In this document: positions 39,446 to 49,020 of the stretch, one piece after another | Position numbering within the stretch: position 1 is the stretch's first letter | Layout: the number at the start of each line of letters is the position of its first letter | Assembly (NCBI GenBank): GCA_038727515.1 | Contig: JAVYVS010000001.1 | Location: forward strand, 288,001-352,000 | Direction: 5' to 3' | Origin: Candidatus Methanomethylicia archaeon | GTDB lineage: Archaea; Thermoproteota; Methanomethylicia; Culexarchaeales; Culexarchaeaceae | DNA length: 64,000 nucleotides | Position numbers and translations under genes: made by a program | The notes under the pieces: model-generated | Seen by the model: only the letters and a program-made list of their open reading frames with translations | Told to the model about the DNA's origin: nothing | Databases searched by the model: none

Positions 39446-40231
39446 CTATATACTAAGTAGATCCGTAAACCATTTCCCATACGCCGCTCCTAAAGTTGCT
39501 AAGATTGCTCCAATTATAGCTAACAATGATAGAAACATGCGGCCAAAATCCTCACCCACAATGGTTCCAATCTGCTCTGGATCCTTTGATAAATAGGCGC
39601 TTGCAGCAAAAATCTCTTCACCAATCAATGCATAATCACATACAGCTACGAAGAATGGTATATTATGATAGTTGGCGGTTCCACCAACTTGTACAGCTCC
39701 AGCTTTATATGCATTCTCTAATATCATTAAAGTTTCAGCATAGAATCCTCCAACCATAATAGTTCCAGCAACCTTCTGCCTATGTATTATACCCATGGCT
39801 GTAGTAGCCATTGGAAACTGACTATAAACAAATCTAACCATTTCTGGTCTAAATTTATCAGCTTTACCTTCAGCTTGAAAAGCTAATCTCACATTTTCCA
39901 AAGCCAATGGATAAACATCTTGAACTGCTATGAGCATAATAGGCTCTACATCATACCTTGCAGCTAAAGTAGTAGCATAATTAGTTACTGTAAGCCCAGC
40001 GAGAGTTTGAGCAGTTACACCTTCAATACCTGGAACCATAAGTAATGGTCTACCCATTTCAGCACATCTACCAATAACTTCTTCAATTGCATCAAGTGGA
40101 GCAATCTTACGCAACTTAAATATAGGCTTTCTCCTAGAAAGCCAAAGAGAAGTCAACATGAGAAAACACAGCACTAGAAATATCACAAATTGAGATATTC
40201 TTCCTTGAATTAACAAGAAAATCACTCTCAA
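39446..40231 (-). CDS. DUF6754-like protein (component A)
   Basis: LRKIAPLDAIEEVIGRCAEMGRP, TLAGL, FYAETL, IPFFVAVCDYALIGEEIFAASAYL. The family name is from recall. Confidence 0.75.
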   Translation of the reverse strand: MRVIFLLIQGRISQFVIFLVLCFLMLTSLWLSRRKPIFKLRKIAPLDAIEEVIGRCAEMGRPLLMVPGIEGVTAQTLAGLTVTNYATTLAARYDVEPIMLIAVQDVYPLALENVRLAFQAEGKADKFRPEMVRFVYSQFPMATTAMGIIHRQKVAGTIMVGGFYAETLMILENAYKAGAVQVGGTANYHNIPFFVAVCDYALIGEEIFAASAYLSKDPEQIGTIVGEDFGRMFLSLLAIIGAILATLGAAYGKWFTDLLSI

Positions 40232-40271
40232 TAATACTTAAATATACATAACAGATATATAAAAATAACGA
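40232..40271. promoter_or_regulatory. Compact divergent promoter region
   Basis: 40-bp gap with TTAAATAT (+, 40238-45) and TTTATATA (-, 40263-56), each about 25 nt from a start codon. Confidence 0.5.
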
Positions 40272-41840
40272 GTGAAAATGGACTTAAAAAATAAATTAAT
40301 TGAGTTAGACGGAAAAATATTCGATTTTTATGTAAAAAATTTGAAAGAAATGCATGTACCATCCGCAGAAAACATAAACGCAATAATTGAAGAAATAGGA
40401 AAATTAAGGAAAGAAGTACTTGAAGTTAAGGAGTATATATGTGAAGATGATGTGGAAAATATTGTTTGGGCACAACATTTAATTGAATTGCTTGATTGCT
40501 GGGAGATTGGAATTAAAGAAAATACTAGACATCCAAGTAAATATCTCCGTGGAATAGGATTTAGAATCGCCAAAATACTTGAAGATGAAAAAAAGAGTAT
40601 AATTGAGAAAGCAGAAAAGATCAATGGATTATCAACGAAAATTTTAGAGATATTATCAGCAGTATATGAATTATGCCTAAAAGTTAGCGATGAAAAAATT
40701 ATAAGAACGATTAAATGTGCAAATGGATTAAAGAGGGATATAGATAGATACATTAAAATCATTGAAGAAATGATTTTAGAAAAAGAGGAGGAAAGAAAGG
40801 CAAAACAACAAATCATTGAAAAATTAAGTATTATGAGAAATTCAGTGGAAGAATTTGAATTAAAGGTTAAAGGGATCATTGGAGAGAAGAGGGAAATAGT
40901 TGATGAGATACCATATGAAACTCTAATGGAGAAACATTATAGGATACCAATAAAATGGGTATTAAGTTGGTATAAAGAAGAATTGGAGAATGCAAAGAAA
41001 AGATTCCATGAAATGGCAAGTAAATTTGATCCAAATAAAAATCCACTACAAGTATTAAGGGAAAAGATACATATTCCATATGAAAGTCCTGAAGAAATGT
41101 TTAAGGATATGGAGAGATTTCTAGAAATAGCTAAAGAAAATGCTAAAAAGTATTTAGATTTCCCAGATGAAGTTACATGTAAAGTTGTAGGTGTTAAAGA
41201 ATTTGAAAAAGATGTTTATCCAATGGGTCATGCTGGAGGACCAGACCCACTAGAAGGAGGATTAGAAAGCTATGTTGCATTAAACCAATACAATTATAAA
41301 GCATTTTCAAAGGGGTGGCTTATGATGATGGCAATACATGAAGCATATTATGGCCATAATATACATTCAATAAAGATAGGTTTAGCAAACATACCAAAAA
41401 CATTTAAGATAGGTAGTGGAATAGCAACACCAATATCTGAGGGGCTTGCACATAGAGGTGAAGAATTGCTACAACACATATATGGTGATGAAGCATTCCC
41501 ACTACTAGTAGCTTGGAGGAGGATGCAAACAACATTGAGAATATATATTGATATAGGTTTATTCTGTACGAAAACCATAACTCCGAATGATGCAGTTAAA
41601 TTGTATATGGATGTAATGGGATTTGATGAACAAACATCCAGAGGTTTAGTGGAATGGCATTTGGAGAATAGAGGGTATAATGTATGCTATTTCACAGGAT
41701 ATAAAATGATAGAAGAACTACGTAAATATACAAGTATGAGTGAGAAAGATTTTAGTAATACATTGTTCTCAGCTGGATTTATATCAATTAGTAATGCAAA
41801 AAGACTCCTTAAAATAAAGGATAAAATGCCATGGGAATAA
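40272..41840 (+). CDS. DUF885-family zincin-like protein
   Basis: IHEAYYGHNIH, SEGLAH, RIYIDIGL, YFTGY; no signal peptide. Confidence 0.75.
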   Translation: MKMDLKNKLIELDGKIFDFYVKNLKEMHVPSAENINAIIEEIGKLRKEVLEVKEYICEDDVENIVWAQHLIELLDCWEIGIKENTRHPSKYLRGIGFRIAKILEDEKKSIIEKAEKINGLSTKILEILSAVYELCLKVSDEKIIRTIKCANGLKRDIDRYIKIIEEMILEKEEERKAKQQIIEKLSIMRNSVEEFELKVKGIIGEKREIVDEIPYETLMEKHYRIPIKWVLSWYKEELENAKKRFHEMASKFDPNKNPLQVLREKIHIPYESPEEMFKDMERFLEIAKENAKKYLDFPDEVTCKVVGVKEFEKDVYPMGHAGGPDPLEGGLESYVALNQYNYKAFSKGWLMMMAIHEAYYGHNIHSIKIGLANIPKTFKIGSGIATPISEGLAHRGEELLQHIYGDEAFPLLVAWRRMQTTLRIYIDIGLFCTKTITPNDAVKLYMDVMGFDEQTSRGLVEWHLENRGYNVCYFTGYKMIEELRKYTSMSEKDFSNTLFSAGFISISNAKRLLKIKDKMPWE

Positions 41841-41845
41841 ATACA

Positions 41846-42349
41846 TCAACTCCTCCTATACATTAAAATAAGCCAATAAAATACTCCAAACATGAACAAT
41901 ATAGAACAAAAAATGTAGATACTGTATGTTAGCTCTGGATGATATAGTGGATTATATGTTAATGGATAGAATGGTTGTATATCATCATATAATGGAGAAT
42001 CAAATAAAACATGCAGCAAAGTTCCGAGAATTCCAGAGTAGAGGAAACAGTTTAACGAACACTCCACATCAAACTCCAACCTAAAAGTTTTGTATAAATC
42101 ATGAAAGCTATTTTCAAGGAAATACATGAAAAACCCTAAAAACAAACCAATAATGAATGCCAATATGAATGTATGCATAATTCCATGAAATGAATACCTT
42201 GAAAAAAGTAAAAAGGAGAAAATATGTTCTAAATCTAAAACAATATTCCCAAGAATGAATGTGGGTATATGTAGACGTTTTTTAAACATTAAACCAAGGA
42301 ATATTCCTGGACCAAGATGAAATGGAGTGAATGGCGTAAAAATCACCAT
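41846..42349 (-). CDS. Membrane-bound metal-dependent hydrolase-like protein (DUF4184/YdjM-like)
   Basis: PFTPFHLGP, DLEH, HGIMHT, HVLFDS, IQPFYP..NP. Confidence 0.75.
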   Translation of the reverse strand: MVIFTPFTPFHLGPGIFLGLMFKKRLHIPTFILGNIVLDLEHIFSFLLFSRYSFHGIMHTFILAFIIGLFLGFFMYFLENSFHDLYKTFRLEFDVECSLNCFLYSGILGTLLHVLFDSPLYDDIQPFYPLTYNPLYHPELTYSIYIFCSILFMFGVFYWLILMYRRS

Positions 42350-42449
42350 ATATATGTCTGGAATAAATAAATTTCTTAAGCTCAAAAATAGATAAAAGTT
42401 AAGTATATTTGCCAGATTTCAAGTAAAATGATGAGTTTGATAGTGGAAA

Positions 42450-42612
42450 ATAGAGGGGAGAATGCTAAACTTTAGACATAGCAGCAACAATTATTATCAT
42501 TAACAAGCAATAATAAATGTTGGGGAAACACATCAAAATATCCCACAATTGATCGGAAGAAAAGCTATATGGATTCACACTAAAACAGGACAAAAGTTTA
42601 TTGGGAAAATAG
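42450..42612 (+). pseudogene. Degenerate partial copy of rpl35ae
   Basis: Translates as IEGRMLNFRHSSNNYYH*QAIINVG...QLIGRKAIWIHTKTGQKFIGKI, matching QLIGRKVVWTHPKTGKKFIGKI of the intact gene. Confidence 0.8.
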
Positions 42613-42780
42613 AGGTTACAATGTATGTTACTTTACAGAATATAAGATGATAGAAGAACTAAGGAAACATACGGACATAAGTGAAAAAGATTTAAGCAAC
42701 ACACTATTTTCAGTTGGATTCATATAAATAAATAATGTTAAAAACTCTTAAGAATAAAGGATAAAATGGTATGGGAATAA
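42601..42780 (+). repeat. Diverged duplicate of the DUF885 gene 3' end (41661-41840)
   Basis: ENRGYNVCYFTEYKMIEELRKHTDISEKDLSNTLFSVGFI* versus ENRGYNVCYFTGYKMIEELRKYTSMSEKDFSNTLFSAGFI; both end ATGGGAATAA. Confidence 0.9.
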
Positions 42781-42869
42781 ACCTTTAACATCATCACATA
42801 GCATCTTTAAAGCGTAAAATTAAAACAAAAATTTAATACTGTAAATCTTATGAATCAATAAGTAGTGTA

Positions 42870-43139
42870 ATGGTGATGACAATGGAGGGTATAGTACTCT
42901 CCATTAAACGTGGAAATAACAAGTATAATCCTAGACAAGTGATATTGAAGGTTGGTGAAGATGCTTCAAAAATATTCCATCAATTAATTGGAAGAAAAGT
43001 TGTTTGGACGCATCCAAAGACAGGTAAAAAATTTATTGGTAAAATAATTAGATTGCATGGTAAAGGAAAATATGTAATAGCATACTTTAGAAAGCAACCT
43101 CCATTTCAATTTATTGGAGAAAGAGTTCAAATAATATAA
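42870..43139 (+). CDS. rpl35ae: 50S ribosomal protein L35Ae
   Basis: RQVIL, LIGRKVVW, GKIIRLHGKGK, AYFRKQPP..IG..V. Confidence 0.88.
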   Translation: MVMTMEGIVLSIKRGNNKYNPRQVILKVGEDASKIFHQLIGRKVVWTHPKTGKKFIGKIIRLHGKGKYVIAYFRKQPPFQFIGERVQII

Positions 43140-43148
43140 GGGCGTAAA

Positions 43149-43322
43149 TTAATGAAAACTTAAAGTAAAAGTCCTATTTTTAACATTCATAAATTCTCTA
43201 CTTAAAAATTCATTTAAAGCTTTAATTATAATTTCACTTCTAGAAGAATATCTCCCTATTCTAACTAGTAAATCTATTTCCTGTACAACATCATTGGGGA
43301 GGGTTATACGTATAGTTTTCAT
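43149..43322 (-). CDS. CopG/ribbon-helix-helix regulator
   Basis: MKTIRITLPNDVVQEIDLLVRIGRYSSRSEIIIKAL. Confidence 0.8.
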   Translation of the reverse strand: MKTIRITLPNDVVQEIDLLVRIGRYSSRSEIIIKALNEFLSREFMNVKNRTFTLSFH

Positions 43323-43584
43323 AGGATTCACCTGCAAAAAAATGGTATAAGAAACTATATAATTACCCATTTATTGCAAAAATTCAAAATAAATATTGTA
43401 TTTACAACATATAAGTCTTTTGAATTTTATACTCCCATTAAAAATTTACTTAATTGAAACAAAATACCAGTAGTAAATACATGAATATTTCGATGAATGT
43501 TAAATAGTAGTAAATCAATGAATCGATTTATCAGTTTCCAAGACTAAATAAACATATTAAACCATTTAAAAAAAGGTTAAATTA

Positions 43585-44037
43585 TTATCTCCTTAAAAGT
43601 TTCTTGAATCTTGGATGTAACTTACCTATAACCAAAAGATCTTCTAAATCTTTCACAACCTCTGGTAGAGTCCTCAATATATCAGTGAAAGTTACTATCC
43701 CAACAAGTTTACCCTTATCCATTATGGGAAGCCTCTTTATATTGTGATTAACCATGAATTTAGCTGCATAAACTAGATCCATATCAGGATCACCATATAT
43801 TAATGGTTTAGACATAACTTTAGAAACTTTAGTAGTTCTAGGATCTAAACATGGAACTATAACTCTCTTAAGAAGATCTCTTTCAGTAATAATACCAGTA
43901 GGTTTCCCATCTTTAGTTACCACTAAACATCCAATGTTATATTGAGACATTATATCAGCGGCTTTCATAACAGTTTCTTCTTCCTCTATGGTTTTTACCT
44001 CTCTTACCGCTATATCAATTATCCTAAGCATAGACAC
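43585..44037 (-). CDS. CBS-domain pair protein
   Basis: IGCLVV...GIITERD and IKRLPI...GIVTFTD. Confidence 0.92.
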   Translation of the reverse strand: MSMLRIIDIAVREVKTIEEEETVMKAADIMSQYNIGCLVVTKDGKPTGIITERDLLKRVIVPCLDPRTTKVSKVMSKPLIYGDPDMDLVYAAKFMVNHNIKRLPIMDKGKLVGIVTFTDILRTLPEVVKDLEDLLVIGKLHPRFKKLLRR

Positions 44038-44153
44038 CTATGAAAATTATTTACATATAAGTTAATAATATTTTAGATGGAATTATGCTCAACAATTTTA
44101 CAGGATACAATTATAGCTTTAAGAAGAAGAAATTGTTAACACGTTACACTGCT

Positions 44154-44972
44154 ATGGATATATTAGAAGCAGTGAAATCAAGATATGAGAAAGTAAAGAT
44201 GAGTTTTGATCTAGGATTATCGGAGGAAGAAGTAAATGTTAAAAAGGAAGATTCCTATGTGATTGTAGATGGATGCATATTTGATTTAAAGGTTTTAGAA
44301 GAAATTTTAGAGAAAGACTATGTATACATTTTGAATGATGAAAAATCGTTGGAGAAAGTGGCATTTTATGCTGATGGAAAATACTATAAACTTAAATGTG
44401 TAGCAAGAAATTCAGCACCAACATTAGAGATAAATGGTATTAATATGCATAGAATTGTTGGAGTAACACCATGGGAAGATGCATTAATGAAGGTTAAAGC
44501 AGCAAAAGTTGGTTATGGAATGAGAGTTCTTGATATATGTACTGGACTTGGATATACTGCTATAGCATCGATAAATATGGGTGCAAGTATGGTATTAAGT
44601 ATTGAAAAAGATTTAAATGTTATTAGAATAGCTGAATTAAATCCTTGGTCTAAAGGTTTAGAAGATCATAGAATTAAGATAATTATTGAGGATGCAAGTA
44701 GGATTATACGTGAGATCGAAGAAGAATCCTTTGATAGAATCATACATGATCCACCTAGAATATCATTGGCAGGAGAACTATATAGTAGTGAATTCTATAT
44801 TGAATTGTACAGAGTTTTGAAGAAAAATGGAATTTTATATCATTATACAGGTCAACCTGGAATAAAACGTAGGAAGGATATTGTTAAGGGGGTTTCAAAG
44901 AGGATTATGGAAGCAGGATTTAAAGTAAAAGTTAGGAGAGATCTTTTAGGTATTTTAGCATTTAAAGATTAA
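44154..44972 (+). CDS. Archaeal SAM-dependent methyltransferase (COG2521-like)
   Basis: PTLEINGINMHR, VLDICTGLGYTA, NPWS, IIHDPPR, AGELYS, HYTG.PG. Confidence 0.85.
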   Translation: MDILEAVKSRYEKVKMSFDLGLSEEEVNVKKEDSYVIVDGCIFDLKVLEEILEKDYVYILNDEKSLEKVAFYADGKYYKLKCVARNSAPTLEINGINMHRIVGVTPWEDALMKVKAAKVGYGMRVLDICTGLGYTAIASINMGASMVLSIEKDLNVIRIAELNPWSKGLEDHRIKIIIEDASRIIREIEEESFDRIIHDPPRISLAGELYSSEFYIELYRVLKKNGILYHYTGQPGIKRRKDIVKGVSKRIMEAGFKVKVRRDLLGILAFKD

Positions 44973-46186
44973 AGCTTCTTTGAAGCTCCATCTAAAACAA
45001 GTTTTAAATATCTATTTAGCATCGGCGGCAAATCAGGTATTCCAATATCCATGAAACCTCTAATTAGTATTGATATAGCTTCATCTTCATTAAAGCCTCT
45101 AGCCATTAGATAATATATTTCATCTTCAGATAATTTGCCGATGGCTGCTTCATGAGATAAAGTTGCATCCATAATCTTAGCCTCCAATTGTGGTATAGCT
45201 CGTATAATGGATTTTGTAGATAACAATAACCCTCTACACTCTAAATGACCTCTACACTCACGTCCTTCACCAACAATTAAACCTCTAGAAATAATCTTAG
45301 ATTCATCCTTAGCAATATTTTTAGATATTATCTCAACCCTACTTCCATCACCCTTCAAATACGCAGCTCCACCAACATCAAAAATACTATTGTTGGAAGC
45401 TAAAATAACAGAAATTAAACTTGCCCTAGAATTTACACCATTTAAATAAACAATTGGCATTGTTTGAATACTCTTAGCAGGATTAACATTAACGTATACA
45501 TTTATAAATGAAGCACCATCCTCTACAACAACACCAGTTCTAGGTCTAACATCAATACCCTCACTCCAAGAATGTATCATAGTATAAGTCAATTTGCCAC
45601 CTTTCTTAACATAAAATTCAGATACACCAACATGTAAACCTTCATTAATTCTAGGTGAAGCACAACCAGTTAGAACATTTAATTCAGCATTTTCTTCAAC
45701 AATTATGATGTTATGCACATTTTGCGATAATCCACCAGTCTTAAGATAAAAGCATGCTTGAACTGGAAGTTCAACTTTAACACCACTTTTAACTCTAATA
45801 AAAACCCCACCGCCACCCTTAAGTTCAGAAAGAGCAGTAAACTTATCCATATCAACATCTAGAGCCCTCCAATAATAATCTAAAAGCCAATCATATGTTT
45901 CAAGAGCTTTAGAAATAGACATAACCTCAACACTTTGATGCAAAGATTCTTCAAAAACTATTGATGAATCTATTTGAAGATAATTCCCAGCTCTACCTTT
46001 ACCACTTACATCTACACCAATACTAGAAGCTTTCTCCTCTAAATCTCTACTAATAAATTCATGTACTTCAGAAGAAAATTTGAATCTTGAAATATCCAAA
46101 TCAAGACCTACACTGGGAGGTTTATCAATAGATTTCTTAGCCCTCTCCTTAACATCCTTTATCTTTCCATCTTCTCCTCTATACAT
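44969..46186 (-). CDS. sufB: Fe-S assembly SufB/SufD-family scaffold
   Basis: QNVHNIII, HVGVSEF, VRPRT, GHLECRGL, LSHEAAIGK, YLMARG. Confidence 0.9.
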   Translation of the reverse strand: MYRGEDGKIKDVKERAKKSIDKPPSVGLDLDISRFKFSSEVHEFISRDLEEKASSIGVDVSGKGRAGNYLQIDSSIVFEESLHQSVEVMSISKALETYDWLLDYYWRALDVDMDKFTALSELKGGGGVFIRVKSGVKVELPVQACFYLKTGGLSQNVHNIIIVEENAELNVLTGCASPRINEGLHVGVSEFYVKKGGKLTYTMIHSWSEGIDVRPRTGVVVEDGASFINVYVNVNPAKSIQTMPIVYLNGVNSRASLISVILASNNSIFDVGGAAYLKGDGSRVEIISKNIAKDESKIISRGLIVGEGRECRGHLECRGLLLSTKSIIRAIPQLEAKIMDATLSHEAAIGKLSEDEIYYLMARGFNEDEAISILIRGFMDIGIPDLPPMLNRYLKLVLDGASKKL

Positions 46187-46908
46187 TTAGAACACACCTC
46201 AAAACCGTGAATCCTAATATTACTTATAATTTCATCAGGTTTACCAGAGCATGCAATAACACCATCAATAATTACATGAGCACGATCAGCACGAATATAA
46301 TTTAATATATAACCTAAATGTGTGACAATCAATATAGACTTCTTCCTCAAACTAGGTTTAACATTTAAACCAAAAAATTCATTAATCACATTAGCTATTA
46401 AAACAAGATTCTCCACATCAACACCAGAATCAGGTTCATCAAATAATGCAAAATCAGGGGACTGTATTAAAATTTGCAAGATTTCACATTTCTTCATTTC
46501 ACCACCAGAAAAACCAACATTAAGTTCACGATCAAGAAGATTACTCATATTCAATTTATTAACTAATTCATCAATATTCACATTACTCTTAAATCTAAAT
46601 GAAAGTTCCTTTAAAAAATCCCTAAGTTTTATACCTTTAATCTTTGGAGGAAATTGAAAACCAACACCAATACCCATCTTAACTCTATCATGAATAGGCA
46701 TATTAGTAATATCAATACCTTTAAAACTAATAGTACCCTGAACAATCTTAAACCTAGGATCACCAATAATAGCATTTATAAGTGTAGTTTTACCAGAACC
46801 ATTAGGTCCAAGCAAAACATGAACCTCACCTGGATTAATCCTTAAATTAACTCCCTTCAAAACTCTTTTACCAGAAATTTCAACATGTAAATCCTTAACT
46901 TCCAACAT
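46159..46908 (-). CDS. sufC: Fe-S assembly ATPase SufC
   Basis: GPNGSGKT, NVGFSGGE, FDEPDSGVD, VTH; overlaps sufB. Confidence 0.92.
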   Translation of the reverse strand: MLEVKDLHVEISGKRVLKGVNLRINPGEVHVLLGPNGSGKTTLINAIIGDPRFKIVQGTISFKGIDITNMPIHDRVKMGIGVGFQFPPKIKGIKLRDFLKELSFRFKSNVNIDELVNKLNMSNLLDRELNVGFSGGEMKKCEILQILIQSPDFALFDEPDSGVDVENLVLIANVINEFFGLNVKPSLRKKSILIVTHLGYILNYIRADRAHVIIDGVIACSGKPDEIISNIRIHGFEVCSKCIEEKMER

Positions 46909-47063
46909 ACAATCACAATTAAGAGTTGCATACTAATAAATTTCTATGTCTAAACATTGATGATCAAAGTTATTCAATAATGCACAAAACATTTACACAT
47001 CACTCACTTCTCATCAACATAACTATAAACATAATTTATTTTAATATTTAAAAAATGTACAAG

Positions 47064-48977
47064 TTACTTTTTATCGAATTTTAATGGTGAAACATAATCT
47101 CCATATTTTTCTCTAACTTCCTTTAATCTCTCCTTTTCCTCTCTAAGTATTTGGAATAATAGACTTGGTGTATCAGGTACACCTTCATAGATCTTCCATA
47201 TTCTTTCTATTTTAGCTAAATGTTGTGGTATTCTAACAGTAAACTCCTTTTCATATAATTGTAATGGATACTCTTTATTTAGAACTTTACCAAATAGTTT
47301 CACTAAATCTTCATATATTGGTATTCTTCCAGTGGGAAGCTCTATAAATCCAATGTCATCGTGAACTCTTAATTCCATCCATTTCAACCAAACCTTCTTA
47401 TCTATCTTCTCTGCAAGATACTTACCATTTTCATCCCTAAGGAAATAATTAACTCCAAATACTTTAGGTTTAATCTTAAGTTTTTCTCCAAATTTAAAGT
47501 GTAGTTCAGTGAATTTACCAATGGAAATAGATATGAAATCAAGTATTGCATATGGGTTGAATTCTCTTTCACCAGCTCTGCCAAGAACTGCTGTTGTTCT
47601 TTCAGATTCTAAAGCAGCACCCTTCATAACTATACCATGCTCCCAACTAAACCCTTCCTCCACTGGGACCCATGTATCTGAATCTCTACCACCAAAAATC
47701 ATTCCACCAACAGGTACACCATCCGGGTCCTCTATCTTTGGATCTAAATTCTTGAGATATCTTATGTGAGTTGTAAATCTTGCATTAGTGTGTGATGGAG
47801 GTATAAGGCTACCGGATTCATCTTTTTTCGTTGGCCACCATACACCAGCATAATTCAATCCACCTTTTGGTTCACCAATTTTACCATTCCACCAAACTTC
47901 ACCATTACCCATGAGAAGTATATTTGAGAATATTACTTCAGTTTCAGGGGATGTTAAGATTTCATACATTTCAGGATCATCAGTTGGATTAACACCATCA
48001 ATAATGCCAAACATACCAATTTCAGGATTTATTGCCCTTGGAATACCATTAACCTCTCTTATAATTGCAAGATCATCACCAATAACAGTATCAGACATTA
48101 AAGCGGTTGAAGTTTTTCCGCATCCAGCTGGGAAAGCTCCAGTAAGATATGTTATTCTATCGCCTGGACCTTTAACACCAACAATAAACATATGTTCTGA
48201 AAGCCAACCCTCTAAGTAACCTCTGTAAACTGTTAATCTTAATGCAAGCTTCTTTAAACCCACAGTATTACCAGCATATTGGGTATTAGCACTATAGACG
48301 GTATCATCAATTAAATCAATGAATATCCTCCTCTTATCAATATTTTTACTCCAACCATACTCATTTAATTCACCAGCTGAATGTAGAAAACGCATATACT
48401 CTATTTCAGAACCCTTTTCAACAAAAATATCATAACCCAATCTATACAATATATTCTCACTATGCATAACATATGCTGAATCAGTAACTTGAACAGCATA
48501 AAGTGAAAGTGGAGATTTCTTTGGACCTAAACAATAAAATCCAATAAACATATCTTTACCTCTCATTATACCCTTCAAAATACTCTTTATTTCATTTAAA
48601 CCATCACTTCTAACCATGGTATTTAAAAGTGGAATTCCACTTGCATCTTCAATCAATATTCTCGTATTCTTTCTATCTCTAGCAAGATCCTTAATACCAT
48701 CAAAATGAACTGTATGCATAGCATATTTCGATGGAAGTTCCTCTCCACGTTCAAGAGCTATACGTCTAAAATACTCTATATCCTCGTCACTACCAGTATT
48801 CACATATACAGATGAAGGTTCACATAAAACTATTATATCTGCAATCCATCTATGAAGTTCAGAATTATTGATCTTCAAAAAATTATTTAAGTGTCTAGAA
48901 TCCATTTTAGATTTAAGAACTGAAAGAACGTCATAATCTCCTTCCACTAATCTCTCACGATACTTCATATCTGACAA
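47064..48977 (-). CDS. pckG: Phosphoenolpyruvate carboxykinase (GTP)
   Basis: QVTDSAYV, YAGNTVGLKK, WLSEHM, AFPAGCGKT, GDD, NARFT, FGGRD. Confidence 0.95.
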   Translation of the reverse strand: MSDMKYRERLVEGDYDVLSVLKSKMDSRHLNNFLKINNSELHRWIADIIVLCEPSSVYVNTGSDEDIEYFRRIALERGEELPSKYAMHTVHFDGIKDLARDRKNTRILIEDASGIPLLNTMVRSDGLNEIKSILKGIMRGKDMFIGFYCLGPKKSPLSLYAVQVTDSAYVMHSENILYRLGYDIFVEKGSEIEYMRFLHSAGELNEYGWSKNIDKRRIFIDLIDDTVYSANTQYAGNTVGLKKLALRLTVYRGYLEGWLSEHMFIVGVKGPGDRITYLTGAFPAGCGKTSTALMSDTVIGDDLAIIREVNGIPRAINPEIGMFGIIDGVNPTDDPEMYEILTSPETEVIFSNILLMGNGEVWWNGKIGEPKGGLNYAGVWWPTKKDESGSLIPPSHTNARFTTHIRYLKNLDPKIEDPDGVPVGGMIFGGRDSDTWVPVEEGFSWEHGIVMKGAALESERTTAVLGRAGEREFNPYAILDFISISIGKFTELHFKFGEKLKIKPKVFGVNYFLRDENGKYLAEKIDKKVWLKWMELRVHDDIGFIELPTGRIPIYEDLVKLFGKVLNKEYPLQLYEKEFTVRIPQHLAKIERIWKIYEGVPDTPSLLFQILREEKERLKEVREKYGDYVSPLKFDKK

Positions 48978-49020
48978 TATGTATAATACGAATAAAAGTT
49001 TAACGTGTAAATAGTAGTTA

